Shown: in pieces, positions 17,443 through 26,866 of the stretch
Position numbering within the stretch: position 1 is the first letter of the stretch
How the letters are laid out: each line of letters begins with the position of its first letter
Assembly (NCBI GenBank): GCA_026708565.1
Contig: JAPOUR010000005.1
Coordinates: 32,273-96,272 of the forward strand
Direction of reading: 5' to 3'
Length of the DNA stretch: 64,000 nucleotides
Origin: Candidatus Dadabacteria bacterium
Lineage (GTDB): Bacteria > Desulfobacterota_D > UBA1144 > Nemesobacterales > Mycalebacteriaceae
Notes under the pieces: generated by a model
The model's database searches: none
Told to the model about the DNA's origin: nothing
The model's input: the letters and a program-made list of their open reading frames with translations, nothing else
Program-made: the position numbers and the translations under genes

Positions 17443-18449
17443 GCAAATATAATCTCTTGTTGCTTTCTATTACTAACACACAAAGCGGGGCCTTCATACC
17501 GTAGTCTATTCACCAAAGGATCAGACAAGTACAGGGATTCAATGGTCTGATGGTTTTTGCCCAACAATGTCGCTTGACTGGATCTGCCTGCATAGATTGT
17601 GGTGTGTTGAAGGCGGAGGTGTTTCGGGAGTGGTTTTCCATGCATTCTTTCACCAGTAATACCATCGTAGCTTATGATGTATGAGATGTTTCTTTTGTTC
17701 ATAACCGCAAGTGCATCCACGAAATCATCGTAAGACAAGCCATTGATGTATCTATGGTCCCTTGTAAACGATGTGCCTTGATAGGGTGGGTCCATGTAAA
17801 CCAAATCGTTCTCGCCAGCCCTTTCCACTATCACTTGAAAGTCCATTGCAGATGTGCTGGTTTTTCCAGCCAAAAGTGCTGACACGCCCAATATGTTTTG
17901 TCTCATTGTGTGGGGTTTCATTCCTGAACGCCTGTTATCCGCACTCTGATTGAATTTGCCGTCAGAACTGTATCTGATAGAGCCTTTTACAATCCGTGCC
18001 AATAAGTAAAGCAAGTAGCAAGGTTTGTGTGCGATGTTGAACTCATCCCTCACTTTCAGAAAGTAAGACTTTCTATCTGAATGTTGCTCACTCCACAGTC
18101 TTTCATATTCGTCACACAAGTCTTTTGGTCGCTCTAATATCTCCACCCATAAGTCCATCAGGGGTTTATTCAAATCATTTAGTGAAATTGTTTCCATCAT
18201 TCCGTAAGCGGCAGCGGCAATAGAGATAGCCCCGGCGCCACAAAACGGCTCTATTAAGCATTTGGTATCAGACGGAAAGTAAGGGAGGATGTACTTAGCA
18301 ATGCCTCGCTTGCTTCCCTGATACGGAAATGGGTGTGGTAACTTGCGTAAGTTGCAGTACGGGTCAATCTCTTGTAATTGATACAAGGGTTGATGCGACA
18401 TGTCTTTGCTATTGAGTTCTTTCATGTGTCTTACTTGAAATTGTAACAT
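17439..18449 (-). CDS. Dam-family (D12 class) N6-adenine DNA methyltransferase
   Basis: FPYQGSKRGIAKYILPYFP and EPFCGAGA (SAM-binding). DPPY catalytic motif (VYMDPPYQG). Confidence 0.8.
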   Translation of the reverse strand: MLQFQVRHMKELNSKDMSHQPLYQLQEIDPYCNLRKLPHPFPYQGSKRGIAKYILPYFPSDTKCLIEPFCGAGAISIAAAAYGMMETISLNDLNKPLMDLWVEILERPKDLCDEYERLWSEQHSDRKSYFLKVRDEFNIAHKPCYLLYLLARIVKGSIRYSSDGKFNQSADNRRSGMKPHTMRQNILGVSALLAGKTSTSAMDFQVIVERAGENDLVYMDPPYQGTSFTRDHRYINGLSYDDFVDALAVMNKRNISYIISYDGITGERMHGKPLPKHLRLQHTTIYAGRSSQATLLGKNHQTIESLYLSDPLVNRLRYEGPALCVSNRKQQEIIFA

Positions 18450-18596
18450 AAATGACCTGATACGCTACTGTGGAAAACAGTACAAGGCGATCTGGCAGAT
18501 TCTGGCCTTACCACTTGGGTGTCAATTGAATTCAGTTGATATATTGAGTTTCTACCTTGGTTTCTTGCTTATAATTGTTCAACATAAGGAGATACT
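18450..18596. promoter_or_regulatory. AT-rich divergent promoter region between the MTase and SIR2 genes, with a near-palindrome CAATTGAATTCAGTTG
   Basis: 14/16 palindromic around GAATTC. Strong RBS AAGGAG 8 nt before the ATG at 18597. Confidence 0.3.
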
Positions 18597-21500
18597 ATGC
18601 AATTTGTAAAAGGTGGTCCTGACATTCCAGAACAGTTGCTACAGGCGCACGAAGATGGGCAAGTAGCCTTTTTCTGTGGGGCCGGGATTTCTTACCCAGC
18701 AGGCTTGCCTGGCTTTGCCGACCTAGTGAAACAACTCTATGATAACTTGGTGGGCACACGCAATGAGGTGCAACAATCGGCAATAGAGGCCAAGAAGTTT
18801 GATACTGCGATAGGCTTATTGGAAGCAGATATTGCTGGTGATCGCGGGAAAGTAAGAAGGGAACTGGCAAGTATTCTAACCCCAGACATCAGTGACCCGA
18901 AGAGTGCCGAGAAAGCAACCGCGACTCACGAAGCCCTGTTGACGCTAGGCAGGAACCGCGAGGGACAAATGCGGTTGGTCACTACTAACTTTGACCGTCT
19001 TTTTGAGGAAGTAATCGCCACAAAATCACTGTCGGTCAACCGCTCTCAGGCACCACAGTTGCCAATTCCGAAGAACAGATGGGACAGGCTGGTGTATCTA
19101 CATGGTCTGTTGCCCGATACCAACCCACCCATGCCAAACGATCTGGATAGTCTGGTTGTCTCCAGTGGCGACTTTGGGTTGGCCTATCTTACGGAACGTT
19201 GGGCAGCGCGATTCGTGAGCGAACTGTTTCGCAACTATATTGTATGCTTTGTCGGTTACAGCATCGGCGACCCAGTATTGCGCTATATGATGGACGCTCT
19301 TGCTGCTGACCGTTTGCTCGGTGAGTCGCCACCGGAAATGTTTGCTTTTGGTAGTTACTCCAAAGGCAAGGAAGAGAAGGTCTACAACGAATGGCGGGCC
19401 AAAAATGTTACACCCATTCTCTATCGGGAGCACAATCGTCACTCCTACCTTCACAGAACACTGCGGGATTGGGCCGACAAATACAGAGATGGTGTGGGCG
19501 GGAAAGAAAGCATTGTTGTGCGATATGCAATGACACGTCCATCGAAGAGCACCAAGCAAGATGACTTTGTTGGTCGTATGCTATGGGCACTGAGCGACCA
19601 GACTGGACTCCCAATGAAGCGCTTCGCCGAGTTTAATCCGGTTCCACATCTGGATTGGCTCTTGGAACCTTTTAGTGAAGACCGCTACAAACATGTTGAC
19701 TTGGAGCGCTTTGGTGTTTCTTCTGGAACAGAGGTTGATAACGACCTTAAATTCAGTCTGGTTTCCAGACCATCACCTTACAGTCTGGCACCATGGATGG
19801 TCATCTCTGATACTGGTTCTCTTGGTAGTAAATGGGATAACATTATGCAACACTTGGCACGGTGGTTGGTACGTCATCTTGATGACCCTGCTCTGGTGCT
19901 TTGGTTGGCTAAACAGGGTGGTCAACTGCATAAGGACCTGATCCGGGTGGTAGAACAATGCTTGCACAAACTTGCTAAGTATGAGCAAGACGGTGATACG
20001 ACCACGATAGACCGTATTCGTAACAATGCACCCAAGGCAATTCCCGGGCCACACATGCGAACGCTATGGCGGCTTCTGCTTGCTGGGCGCGTTAAATCGC
20101 GTAAATCGCAGACACAAAGCAATGATTTCTACCAATGGCATAAGCGCTTTGAGCGAGACGGACTCACCACAACTTTACGGTTTGAACTACGTGAGATACT
20201 TACACCACGAGTATCTATAAGTGAACCACTTTTCCGTTTGCCAACAGGTGATAGCGAAAATCAAAAGCCAGAGTGTCTAAGCGAGCTTGTTAGTTGGGAG
20301 ATTGTGCTTTCGGCAGGCCCTATCCATTCCAAATTGAATGACTTGAATGATAACGAGCGCGAGCGTTGGACTGCGGCCTTACCGGAATTGCTGACCGATT
20401 TTAGCGCCTTATTGCGCGATGCCTTGGATTTGATGCGTGAACTTGGTGGCGCGGACAACAAGAGCGACCCGTCTTTTGAGTATCAACCTTCAATCAGTAA
20501 GCACCGGCAGAATAGGGGATTTCACGAATGGACTTCTTTGATAGACCTAGCTCGGGACGCATGGTTGGCCACAGCCGAGCAATCACCGCAACATGCATTA
20601 CTCGTGGCAGAGGCATGGTGGCAAACGCCCTATCCTCTTTTTAAGCGTCTCGCATTTTTTGCCGCTACACAGGGCGGTGTAGTAACCCATCGCCGCGCAC
20701 TTGACTGGTTGCTCGCAGATGAAAAGTGGTGGTTGTGGTCAGATAAAACCCGGCGTGAATCCATACGACTGCTGGCTGTCTTGGCTCCACAAATTGATGA
20801 ACCGATGTTGCGAGAACTTGAGCAGGCGGTCCTTGCCGGGCCACCCCTCAACATGTTCAGAGACAATATGACCCCGGAAGACAGGGACATTGTTGACAAA
20901 AAAATCTGGCTACGACTGGCAGAGATGGTTCAATCTGGTGCTGGTTTGAGCTCCACAGGCCAAGAACGTCTGAATGCGCTCTCTGTCCAGCACCAACTTG
21001 CTGAAGATGAACGTGATGAATTTCCAGACCGGATGGAGAGCGGTGTTTGGGGTGGACGAAAGCCTTGGCTACAGTTTGAACCGATACCGAGTGGCGACCT
21101 AGATGGGTTGGTAAACTACTTGACAGAAAACCACCATCCTGCCGAAGGAAGAGAGGATGACTGGCAAGAACTTTGCAAAAATGATTTTGAGAACACAGCA
21201 CAAGCCTTACACCATTTTGCCAGAAAAAACATTTGGCTTGACCAACGCTGGGGGGACGCTTTACGGGTCTGGTCATCAGATGAAAAAGTGCGCGAGACTT
21301 TATGGCGATCCGTCGCACCCGTATTAACCACAGCTCCCGATGACTTTCTACAGAACAAGGATGTCACCTACGGAGTTGGTTGGTGGTTGAAAGCCATTGC
21401 CAAAACCTTTGAGGGCCATGAAGAAGAGTTTCTAATCCTCACGCGCCGTATCCTGAGTCTGAAATATCAGGATAATGCCAAGACCGACGACCCTGTCAAC

Positions 21501-22439
21501 CTCGCCATCAATCATCCAGTAGGCTATGTAACGCAGGCGTTGTTAGATTGGTGGTATCGGCAGACCTTGGAAGATAAACAAGGTCTGCCGGAGAAACTCA
21601 AACCCATATTCACTGAACTTTGTGATACCCAAACCAGTCAGTTTCGACATGGCCGTGTTTTGTTAGCGCACCATGTTATCAATTTGTTTCGCGTAGACCG
21701 CGAGTGGACAATACAGCACTTGTTGCCGTTATTTAACTGGCAACAGTCAGAAACAGAAGCACGGGCAGTCTGGGAAGGTTTCCTGTGGTCACCCCGCCTA
21801 TACTACCCTCTGATGGAGGAACTCAAGTCGGACTTTCTCAATACTGCAACCCACTATGAGGATCTGGAAAACCACGGTAAGCAGTATTATGCGCGGATTC
21901 TCACCTTTGCGGCTCTTGACCAGAGTGGCAGTAGCACATTCACTCAAACTGAACTTAAGCGAGCTACTGACGCGCTCTCTACAGACGGGTTATGTGAAGT
22001 AGCCCAAGCACTCGTGATAGAGTTGGAAAGCGCAAGTGAGCAACGCACTAACTATTGGACAAACCGAGTCGTCCCATACCTGAAATCCATTTGGCCAAAA
22101 GACAAGGACAAAATTACTCCCGACATTTCCACAAGCCTCGGCAGTCTATGTGTCTCGGCGTCGGAAAAGTTTCCGGATGCGCTTGACCTTCTACGTCACT
22201 GGCTTCAACCGTCAGAAGGACACAGTTTTCTAGTCCATAAACTTTGTGATTCTGACTTGTGTAAAGAGTTTCCAGAGGAATCTCTGGAATTCTTGAGACT
22301 GGTCATCAACGATAATAGTGAATGGCCGCCCTATGAACTTAAAGACTGTCTTGAGGATATAAAAACTAATAATCCTGCATTGGAAAAAGATCTTCGGTAT
22401 GAAAATTTAATGACTTATCTGCGTCAGCACCCCATATAG
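18597..22439 (+). CDS. SIR2-like (SIR2_2) domain protein, 1280 aa, with a ~980-aa helical C-terminal region; DSR-like candidate anti-phage NADase
   Basis: N-terminus: FFCGAGISYPAGLPGFADLV, RLVTTNFDRLFEE, LVYLHGLL...LVVSSGDF. No P-loop. Lies in the low-GC island next to the R-M pair. Confidence 0.7.
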   Translation: MQFVKGGPDIPEQLLQAHEDGQVAFFCGAGISYPAGLPGFADLVKQLYDNLVGTRNEVQQSAIEAKKFDTAIGLLEADIAGDRGKVRRELASILTPDISDPKSAEKATATHEALLTLGRNREGQMRLVTTNFDRLFEEVIATKSLSVNRSQAPQLPIPKNRWDRLVYLHGLLPDTNPPMPNDLDSLVVSSGDFGLAYLTERWAARFVSELFRNYIVCFVGYSIGDPVLRYMMDALAADRLLGESPPEMFAFGSYSKGKEEKVYNEWRAKNVTPILYREHNRHSYLHRTLRDWADKYRDGVGGKESIVVRYAMTRPSKSTKQDDFVGRMLWALSDQTGLPMKRFAEFNPVPHLDWLLEPFSEDRYKHVDLERFGVSSGTEVDNDLKFSLVSRPSPYSLAPWMVISDTGSLGSKWDNIMQHLARWLVRHLDDPALVLWLAKQGGQLHKDLIRVVEQCLHKLAKYEQDGDTTTIDRIRNNAPKAIPGPHMRTLWRLLLAGRVKSRKSQTQSNDFYQWHKRFERDGLTTTLRFELREILTPRVSISEPLFRLPTGDSENQKPECLSELVSWEIVLSAGPIHSKLNDLNDNERERWTAALPELLTDFSALLRDALDLMRELGGADNKSDPSFEYQPSISKHRQNRGFHEWTSLIDLARDAWLATAEQSPQHALLVAEAWWQTPYPLFKRLAFFAATQGGVVTHRRALDWLLADEKWWLWSDKTRRESIRLLAVLAPQIDEPMLRELEQAVLAGPPLNMFRDNMTPEDRDIVDKKIWLRLAEMVQSGAGLSSTGQERLNALSVQHQLAEDERDEFPDRMESGVWGGRKPWLQFEPIPSGDLDGLVNYLTENHHPAEGREDDWQELCKNDFENTAQALHHFARKNIWLDQRWGDALRVWSSDEKVRETLWRSVAPVLTTAPDDFLQNKDVTYGVGWWLKAIAKTFEGHEEEFLILTRRILSLKYQDNAKTDDPVNLAINHPVGYVTQALLDWWYRQTLEDKQGLPEKLKPIFTELCDTQTSQFRHGRVLLAHHVINLFRVDREWTIQHLLPLFNWQQSETEARAVWEGFLWSPRLYYPLMEELKSDFLNTATHYEDLENHGKQYYARILTFAALDQSGSSTFTQTELKRATDALSTDGLCEVAQALVIELESASEQRTNYWTNRVVPYLKSIWPKDKDKITPDISTSLGSLCVSASEKFPDALDLLRHWLQPSEGHSFLVHKLCDSDLCKEFPEESLEFLRLVINDNSEWPPYELKDCLEDIKTNNPALEKDLRYENLMTYLRQHPI

Positions 22440-22477
22440 AGAGTAGAAATCAGTTACCAGAACTCTTGAATAGACAA

Positions 22478-23686
22478 TCACCTGTCAACCTCTCCGAGCA
22501 CTATGTCTATGCTTCCCAGAGCCGCCACCACATCCCCCACAAAAGCGCCTTCAAGCATCGGCGCGAGCGCCTGAAGATTGACAAATGACGGGCCCCGGAC
22601 GCGCATGCGGTAGGGCTTTTTCGTGCCATCGCTCACAAGGTAGTATCCAAGTTCACCCTTGGGGTTCTCAACCGCGCAATACGCCTCGCCCGCGGGCGGG
22701 GAAAAGCCTTCGTAAACCAAAACAAAGTGGCGTATCAGCGACTCCATCTTTGTATAAACCTGCTCTTTTTCGGGAAGAACAATCTCCGGCAAGTCGGCAA
22801 TGTAGCGGCCGTCCGGCAGGTTGTCTATCGCCTGCTTTATAATGCGGACGCTCTGCCTACACTCCTCCATCCGGCAGAGGTAACGGGAATAGACGTCCCC
22901 GTCTTCCCCCACCACAACATCAAAATCGTAATTCTCATACCCCAAATACGGCTTCGCCTTCCGCACATCAAACTCCACACCGCTTCCCCGAAGAGTGGGA
23001 CCCGACAAACCGAGATCAATCGCGTCCTCCGCGCTTATCTGCGCCACGCCCTTCGTTCTTTGAAGCCATATACCGTTTTTTGTCAGAAGTTTATCAACCT
23101 CATCAAGGGTTTGAGGGAAATCTTTAACAAAGTTGTTCACAGCATCGGCAAACCCTTCCGGCAGGTCTTTGGGGAGTCCTCCGACCCTCGGATAGGAGGT
23201 TGTCATTCTCGCTCCGCAAACCATCTCAAGGATGTCATAAATCCTTTCCCGCTCTTTGAAGCAATACATAAAGGAACTGAACGCGCCCAAATCAAGCGCG
23301 CCCGTCCCTATGCCGACCATGTGGGACTCAATCCTGCCGAGTTCAAACATTATGACCTCTGCCGCTTTTGCCCTCTCCGGGATTTCGTCTTCTATACCGA
23401 GCAACTTCTCAACCGCGAGAACAAATCCTATGTTGTTGCAGATTGCCGCAAGGTAGTCCATCCTGTCCGTGTAGGGGAGGCACTGCTGGTAGGTGATGTT
23501 TTCGCACAGTTTTTCTATGCCTCTGTGCAGGTATCCGATGTGAGGCACAACATTTTTTATGACCTCGCCGTCAAGCCCCAGCACTATGCGCAAAACCCCG
23601 TGCGTGGCGGGATGCTGGGGGCCCATGTTCAGAATCATTTCGGCGTCGCCATTGCCGCCGTCCGTAACAAACTGAACCTTTTCCAT
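22478..23686 (-). CDS. nuoD: NADH-quinone oxidoreductase subunit D
   Basis: MEKVQFV...LNMGPQHPATHGVLR. Start at MEKVQ, 12 nt after the nuoC stop. Confidence 0.9.
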   Translation of the reverse strand: MEKVQFVTDGGNGDAEMILNMGPQHPATHGVLRIVLGLDGEVIKNVVPHIGYLHRGIEKLCENITYQQCLPYTDRMDYLAAICNNIGFVLAVEKLLGIEDEIPERAKAAEVIMFELGRIESHMVGIGTGALDLGAFSSFMYCFKERERIYDILEMVCGARMTTSYPRVGGLPKDLPEGFADAVNNFVKDFPQTLDEVDKLLTKNGIWLQRTKGVAQISAEDAIDLGLSGPTLRGSGVEFDVRKAKPYLGYENYDFDVVVGEDGDVYSRYLCRMEECRQSVRIIKQAIDNLPDGRYIADLPEIVLPEKEQVYTKMESLIRHFVLVYEGFSPPAGEAYCAVENPKGELGYYLVSDGTKKPYRMRVRGPSFVNLQALAPMLEGAFVGDVVAALGSIDIVLGEVDR

Positions 23687-23699
23687 CAAAAACCCCTCA

Positions 23700-24212
23700 T
23701 CAGAAGTTTCCCTCTTTGAGCGCCTTTTCAAACGAGCGCTTTGCGGGTTCTCTGTCTCTGACGTCAAAATCCTTGCGGAGGGGAAAGCCCTCAAAATCTT
23801 CGGGCAGCAGGATTCTTCTCATGTCCGGGTGTCCGTTAAAAACGATTCCGAACATATCAAACACCTCTCTTTCAAGCCAGTCCGCCCCCTTCCACACGGA
23901 GGAAACCGTTTCCAGCCGCAACATGTCCGCATCCAGCGGAACTTTGAGAAAAACCCTCATCTCCTCGTTATACCGGGAGTCAAAGCGGACGGTGTTATAG
24001 ATAACTTCAAACCGCGCCCCGGCTCTTTCGCCCAGATAGTCCACGGCGGTGATGTCTGAAAGGTAGGCAAAGCCGCGCTCCAGTTTAAGGTTGAGGCACG
24101 CCTCTTTAACGGCTTCCCTCCGTATCACAAAAAAAGGCTCGCCCCCCCTCATCTCTCCGCTTGAGAGCGAGAACGGGCCGAGTGTGTTCTTAACTGACTC
24201 AAGAACGCTCAT
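23700..24212 (-). CDS. nuoC: NADH-quinone oxidoreductase subunit C
   Basis: 30-kDa subunit motifs ([17 protein letters not shown]). Confidence 0.85.
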   Translation of the reverse strand: MSVLESVKNTLGPFSLSSGEMRGGEPFFVIRREAVKEACLNLKLERGFAYLSDITAVDYLGERAGARFEVIYNTVRFDSRYNEEMRVFLKVPLDADMLRLETVSSVWKGADWLEREVFDMFGIVFNGHPDMRRILLPEDFEGFPLRKDFDVRDREPAKRSFEKALKEGNF

Positions 24213-24694
24213 TTCAGCGGAGCGCCTTCGTTTTCTATCTTTGCCTGTATCTTCATAACCGCATCTATCAGCGCTTCGGGGCGCGGGGGACAGCCGCCCA
24301 CATAAACATCAACGGGCAGAAACTCGTCTATTCCCTGAACCACCGCATAACTGTCAAACGGGCCGCCGCCGCAAGTGCATGAGCCCATCGCTATAACCCA
24401 CTTGGGCTCCGGCATCTGGTCGTAAATTCTCCGGCACACCGACGCCATTTTGTAGGTTATAGTGCCCGAAACTATCATGAGGTCCGCCTGACGCGGCGAG
24501 AATCTTGCGACCTCCGCCCCGAAACGCGCCATGTCATAGCGGGAGGCGAACGCTCCCATCATCTCTATCGCGCAACATGCCGTGCCCAGCGGCATGGGCC
24601 AGAGGCTGTTTTTTCTGGACCAGTTCACAAACTCGGAAAGTTTGGTTGAAACAAAGCCGTCTCCGCCTAAAATGCCGCCGCCGCTTACCGCCAA
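24209..24694 (-). CDS. nuoB: NADH-quinone oxidoreductase subunit B
   Basis: Fe-S ligand Cys motifs ([27 protein letters not shown]). Confidence 0.9.
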   Translation of the reverse strand: MAVSGGGILGGDGFVSTKLSEFVNWSRKNSLWPMPLGTACCAIEMMGAFASRYDMARFGAEVARFSPRQADLMIVSGTITYKMASVCRRIYDQMPEPKWVIAMGSCTCGGGPFDSYAVVQGIDEFLPVDVYVGGCPPRPEALIDAVMKIQAKIENEGAPLK

Positions 24695-25044
24695 TCCAGC
24701 ACTCCTTTGAACAGAACATACAGATAGCCCGCCACTATGACGGCGAGAAACGCCCCAAGTTCAACCGCCGCCACCGCGCCGAGTTCGCGGGCGACCATTG
24801 ACCACGCAATCAGAAAAACCGCCTCTATGTCAAACAGGATAAAAAGCGCGCCGATGATGTAGTAGTTCACCGGAAACTTCCCGGCGGCTTCGCCAATCGG
24901 CGTTATGCCCGATTCGTAGGGGGAGGATTTCTCAGTATTCGGTTTGTCTTTTCCGAGGTAAACGGAAAAAAAAAGCAGGACAGCCGCAAGTCCCGCCGTC
25001 AGAACCCAGACAATAACCACCGGAGCGTAGGCGTCGCCGTCCAT
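24685..25044 (-). CDS. nuoA: NADH-quinone oxidoreductase subunit A (start may extend to 25155)
   Basis: YESGI.P.G...F...YY and [12 protein letters not shown] motifs. Internal Met gives the typical ~119 aa. Confidence 0.7.
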   Translation of the reverse strand: MDGDAYAPVVIVWVLTAGLAAVLLFFSVYLGKDKPNTEKSSPYESGITPIGEAAGKFPVNYYIIGALFILFDIEAVFLIAWSMVARELGAVAAVELGAFLAVIVAGYLYVLFKGVLDWR

Positions 25045-25211
25045 TACGGCAACAAGGTTAAGGGACGGGCGGGGATTGTCAAGAAGTGGGCGGGCGGTTA
25101 CGCCCCACCCGTTTTGAATGGCGCTTTGAGACAAGCGGAGTGAAACAGTGAACACTTGACCTGAAACCCTGTCAAAAAAAACCTCTCATTCCGGTATAAT
25201 CCCCCCGCCAA

Positions 25212-25919
25212 ATGACCAAACCACCCTGCGAACTGAACATCTTCATCACCTGCATGCGCGAGGAGGAAAATCTGAAAATCCTCCTGCCGCGTCTTATTGG
25301 CATTCTTGATGACTACGGAATCACTTACAGGATATTAGTTGTGGACACCGTAACCCCGATGGACGGAACTCCTGAGGTGTGCGCCGGTTTTGAAAACGTT
25401 GACTATGTGCCGACAGACGGAGGGAAAGACGGATACGGCAGAGCGGTGCGGACGGGCATCGGAAGAGTCAATGCGCAATACGCGATACTGATGGACGGAG
25501 ACCTTTCCCATCCGCCCGAAGTTATTCCCTCAATGCTTGACCTGAGAGAGAGCCACGACATGGTTATCGCCTCGCGCTACACCGAAGGCGGCGGCTCGGA
25601 AGATTACTTTCTTAACCACCTTATGTCCCGCGCCCTCAACATCTTTTGCTCCACGCTTCTGGGAATTGACTGCAAAGACTGGTCAACCAGTTTCAAACTT
25701 TACAAAGCCCCGCAAATTAAAGCCCTGCCGCTTGCGTGCGAGCACTTTGACATACATCAGGAAATCATCTGCAAACTTCACGAAAACCACCCGGACTTCA
25801 AATTTGCGGAAGTGCCCATGTCATTTTCAAAGCGGGTTCACGGCTCTTCAACCCGCCAGTTTTCCTACGGATTTTCAATCGCAAAAACAATTCTGAAACT
25901 GCGGCTGGGCCTTATGTGA
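25212..25919 (+). CDS. Family 2 glycosyltransferase (dolichyl-phosphate mannosyltransferase-like)
   Basis: GT-A fold with LMDGDLSHPP (DxD-type). Confidence 0.75.
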   Translation: MTKPPCELNIFITCMREEENLKILLPRLIGILDDYGITYRILVVDTVTPMDGTPEVCAGFENVDYVPTDGGKDGYGRAVRTGIGRVNAQYAILMDGDLSHPPEVIPSMLDLRESHDMVIASRYTEGGGSEDYFLNHLMSRALNIFCSTLLGIDCKDWSTSFKLYKAPQIKALPLACEHFDIHQEIICKLHENHPDFKFAEVPMSFSKRVHGSSTRQFSYGFSIAKTILKLRLGLM

Positions 25920-26859
25920 CCAGACGGACGGCCGTTTTGACCGCCTCTTTCATACTGCGCGGATTTGCCACCCCGCGCCAGGCTATGTCAAACGCAGTTC
26001 CGTGGTCGGGAGAGGTGCGCACTATGGGAAGCCCCAAAGTAACATTCACCCCCCTGTGGAAAGCCAGCATCTTAAACGGCGCAAGCCCCTGGTCGTGATA
26101 CATGGCCACAACAAGGTCCCACCTGCCCTCCATTGCGGAATGAAAAACCGCATCGGCGGGAAGAGGCCCGGAGACATCCAGACCCTCGGCGGAAGCCCTC
26201 ATAACCGCCGGGGCTATGCGCTCAATATCCTCCGAGCCGAACTCGCCGCCATCCCCCGCATGGGGGTTGAGGCCGCACACGGCAATCCTCGGAGACTCTA
26301 TGCCGAACCTCTCCGAAAGCCCGTCCGAGCAAACCTTCACCGTGTTAAAAACAGCGTCTGCGGTTATCAGCCCCGCAACCTCGCTCAAGGCGCAGTGAAT
26401 GGTAACAAGCGCCACCCGCAAGTCTCCGCCTTCAAACATCATCACCGCATTCTCCGCGCCGGTCATTTCCCTGAGCATCTCCGTATGCCCCGGATGAACT
26501 GAACCGGCAAGACGAATCGCCTTTTTGTGAACGGGAGCGGTAACCACGGCGTCCGCCGAACCGGAAAGGACGCTCTCCACCGCCTCCCTGACGGACGCAA
26601 GCGCCTCTGTGCCGGAGTCTTTGCTTACCTCCCCTATGGCAAGGTCATCAAAACTCATATCACCGGTTTCCGCCACCTCAATCCCGCCCGCGTCCGCGCC
26701 GACAAGTTCACACGCCTTGCCGAACACATCCGGGCTTCCAAAAATAACCGGCTCGCATATGCGCCTTGTCTCTTCGTCCGCCGCCGCTACGGCGGCAATC
26801 TCCGGCCCCACGCCGGAAGGGTCGCCGAGGGTGATGGCAATTTTCGGCTTTTTCTCCAT
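25912..26859 (-). CDS. pdxA: 4-hydroxythreonine-4-phosphate dehydrogenase
   Basis: IAITLGDPSGVGPEI signature. Confidence 0.85.
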   Translation of the reverse strand: MEKKPKIAITLGDPSGVGPEIAAVAAADEETRRICEPVIFGSPDVFGKACELVGADAGGIEVAETGDMSFDDLAIGEVSKDSGTEALASVREAVESVLSGSADAVVTAPVHKKAIRLAGSVHPGHTEMLREMTGAENAVMMFEGGDLRVALVTIHCALSEVAGLITADAVFNTVKVCSDGLSERFGIESPRIAVCGLNPHAGDGGEFGSEDIERIAPAVMRASAEGLDVSGPLPADAVFHSAMEGRWDLVVAMYHDQGLAPFKMLAFHRGVNVTLGLPIVRTSPDHGTAFDIAWRGVANPRSMKEAVKTAVRLVT

Positions 26860-26866
26860 GAAATTC

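Larger units (their letters stand above)
16662..22477. other. Low-GC accessory (defense) island between the convergent ftsK and nuoD 3' ends
   Basis: Abrupt GC and codon-usage drop. Contains an R-M pair and a SIR2-like giant gene. Flanked on both sides by housekeeping genes. Confidence 0.55.

Noticed and set aside
16662-22477. att-site direct repeats or an integrase marking the island boundaries
   Set aside because: Only a 7-bp inverted GGTTGAC match was found at the two edges, too short to be meaningful. No integrase or transposase ORF lies within the island, so the insertion mechanism is left undetermined.
22727-23719. 330-aa + strand ORF
   Set aside because: Antisense to nuoD, which is strongly supported.
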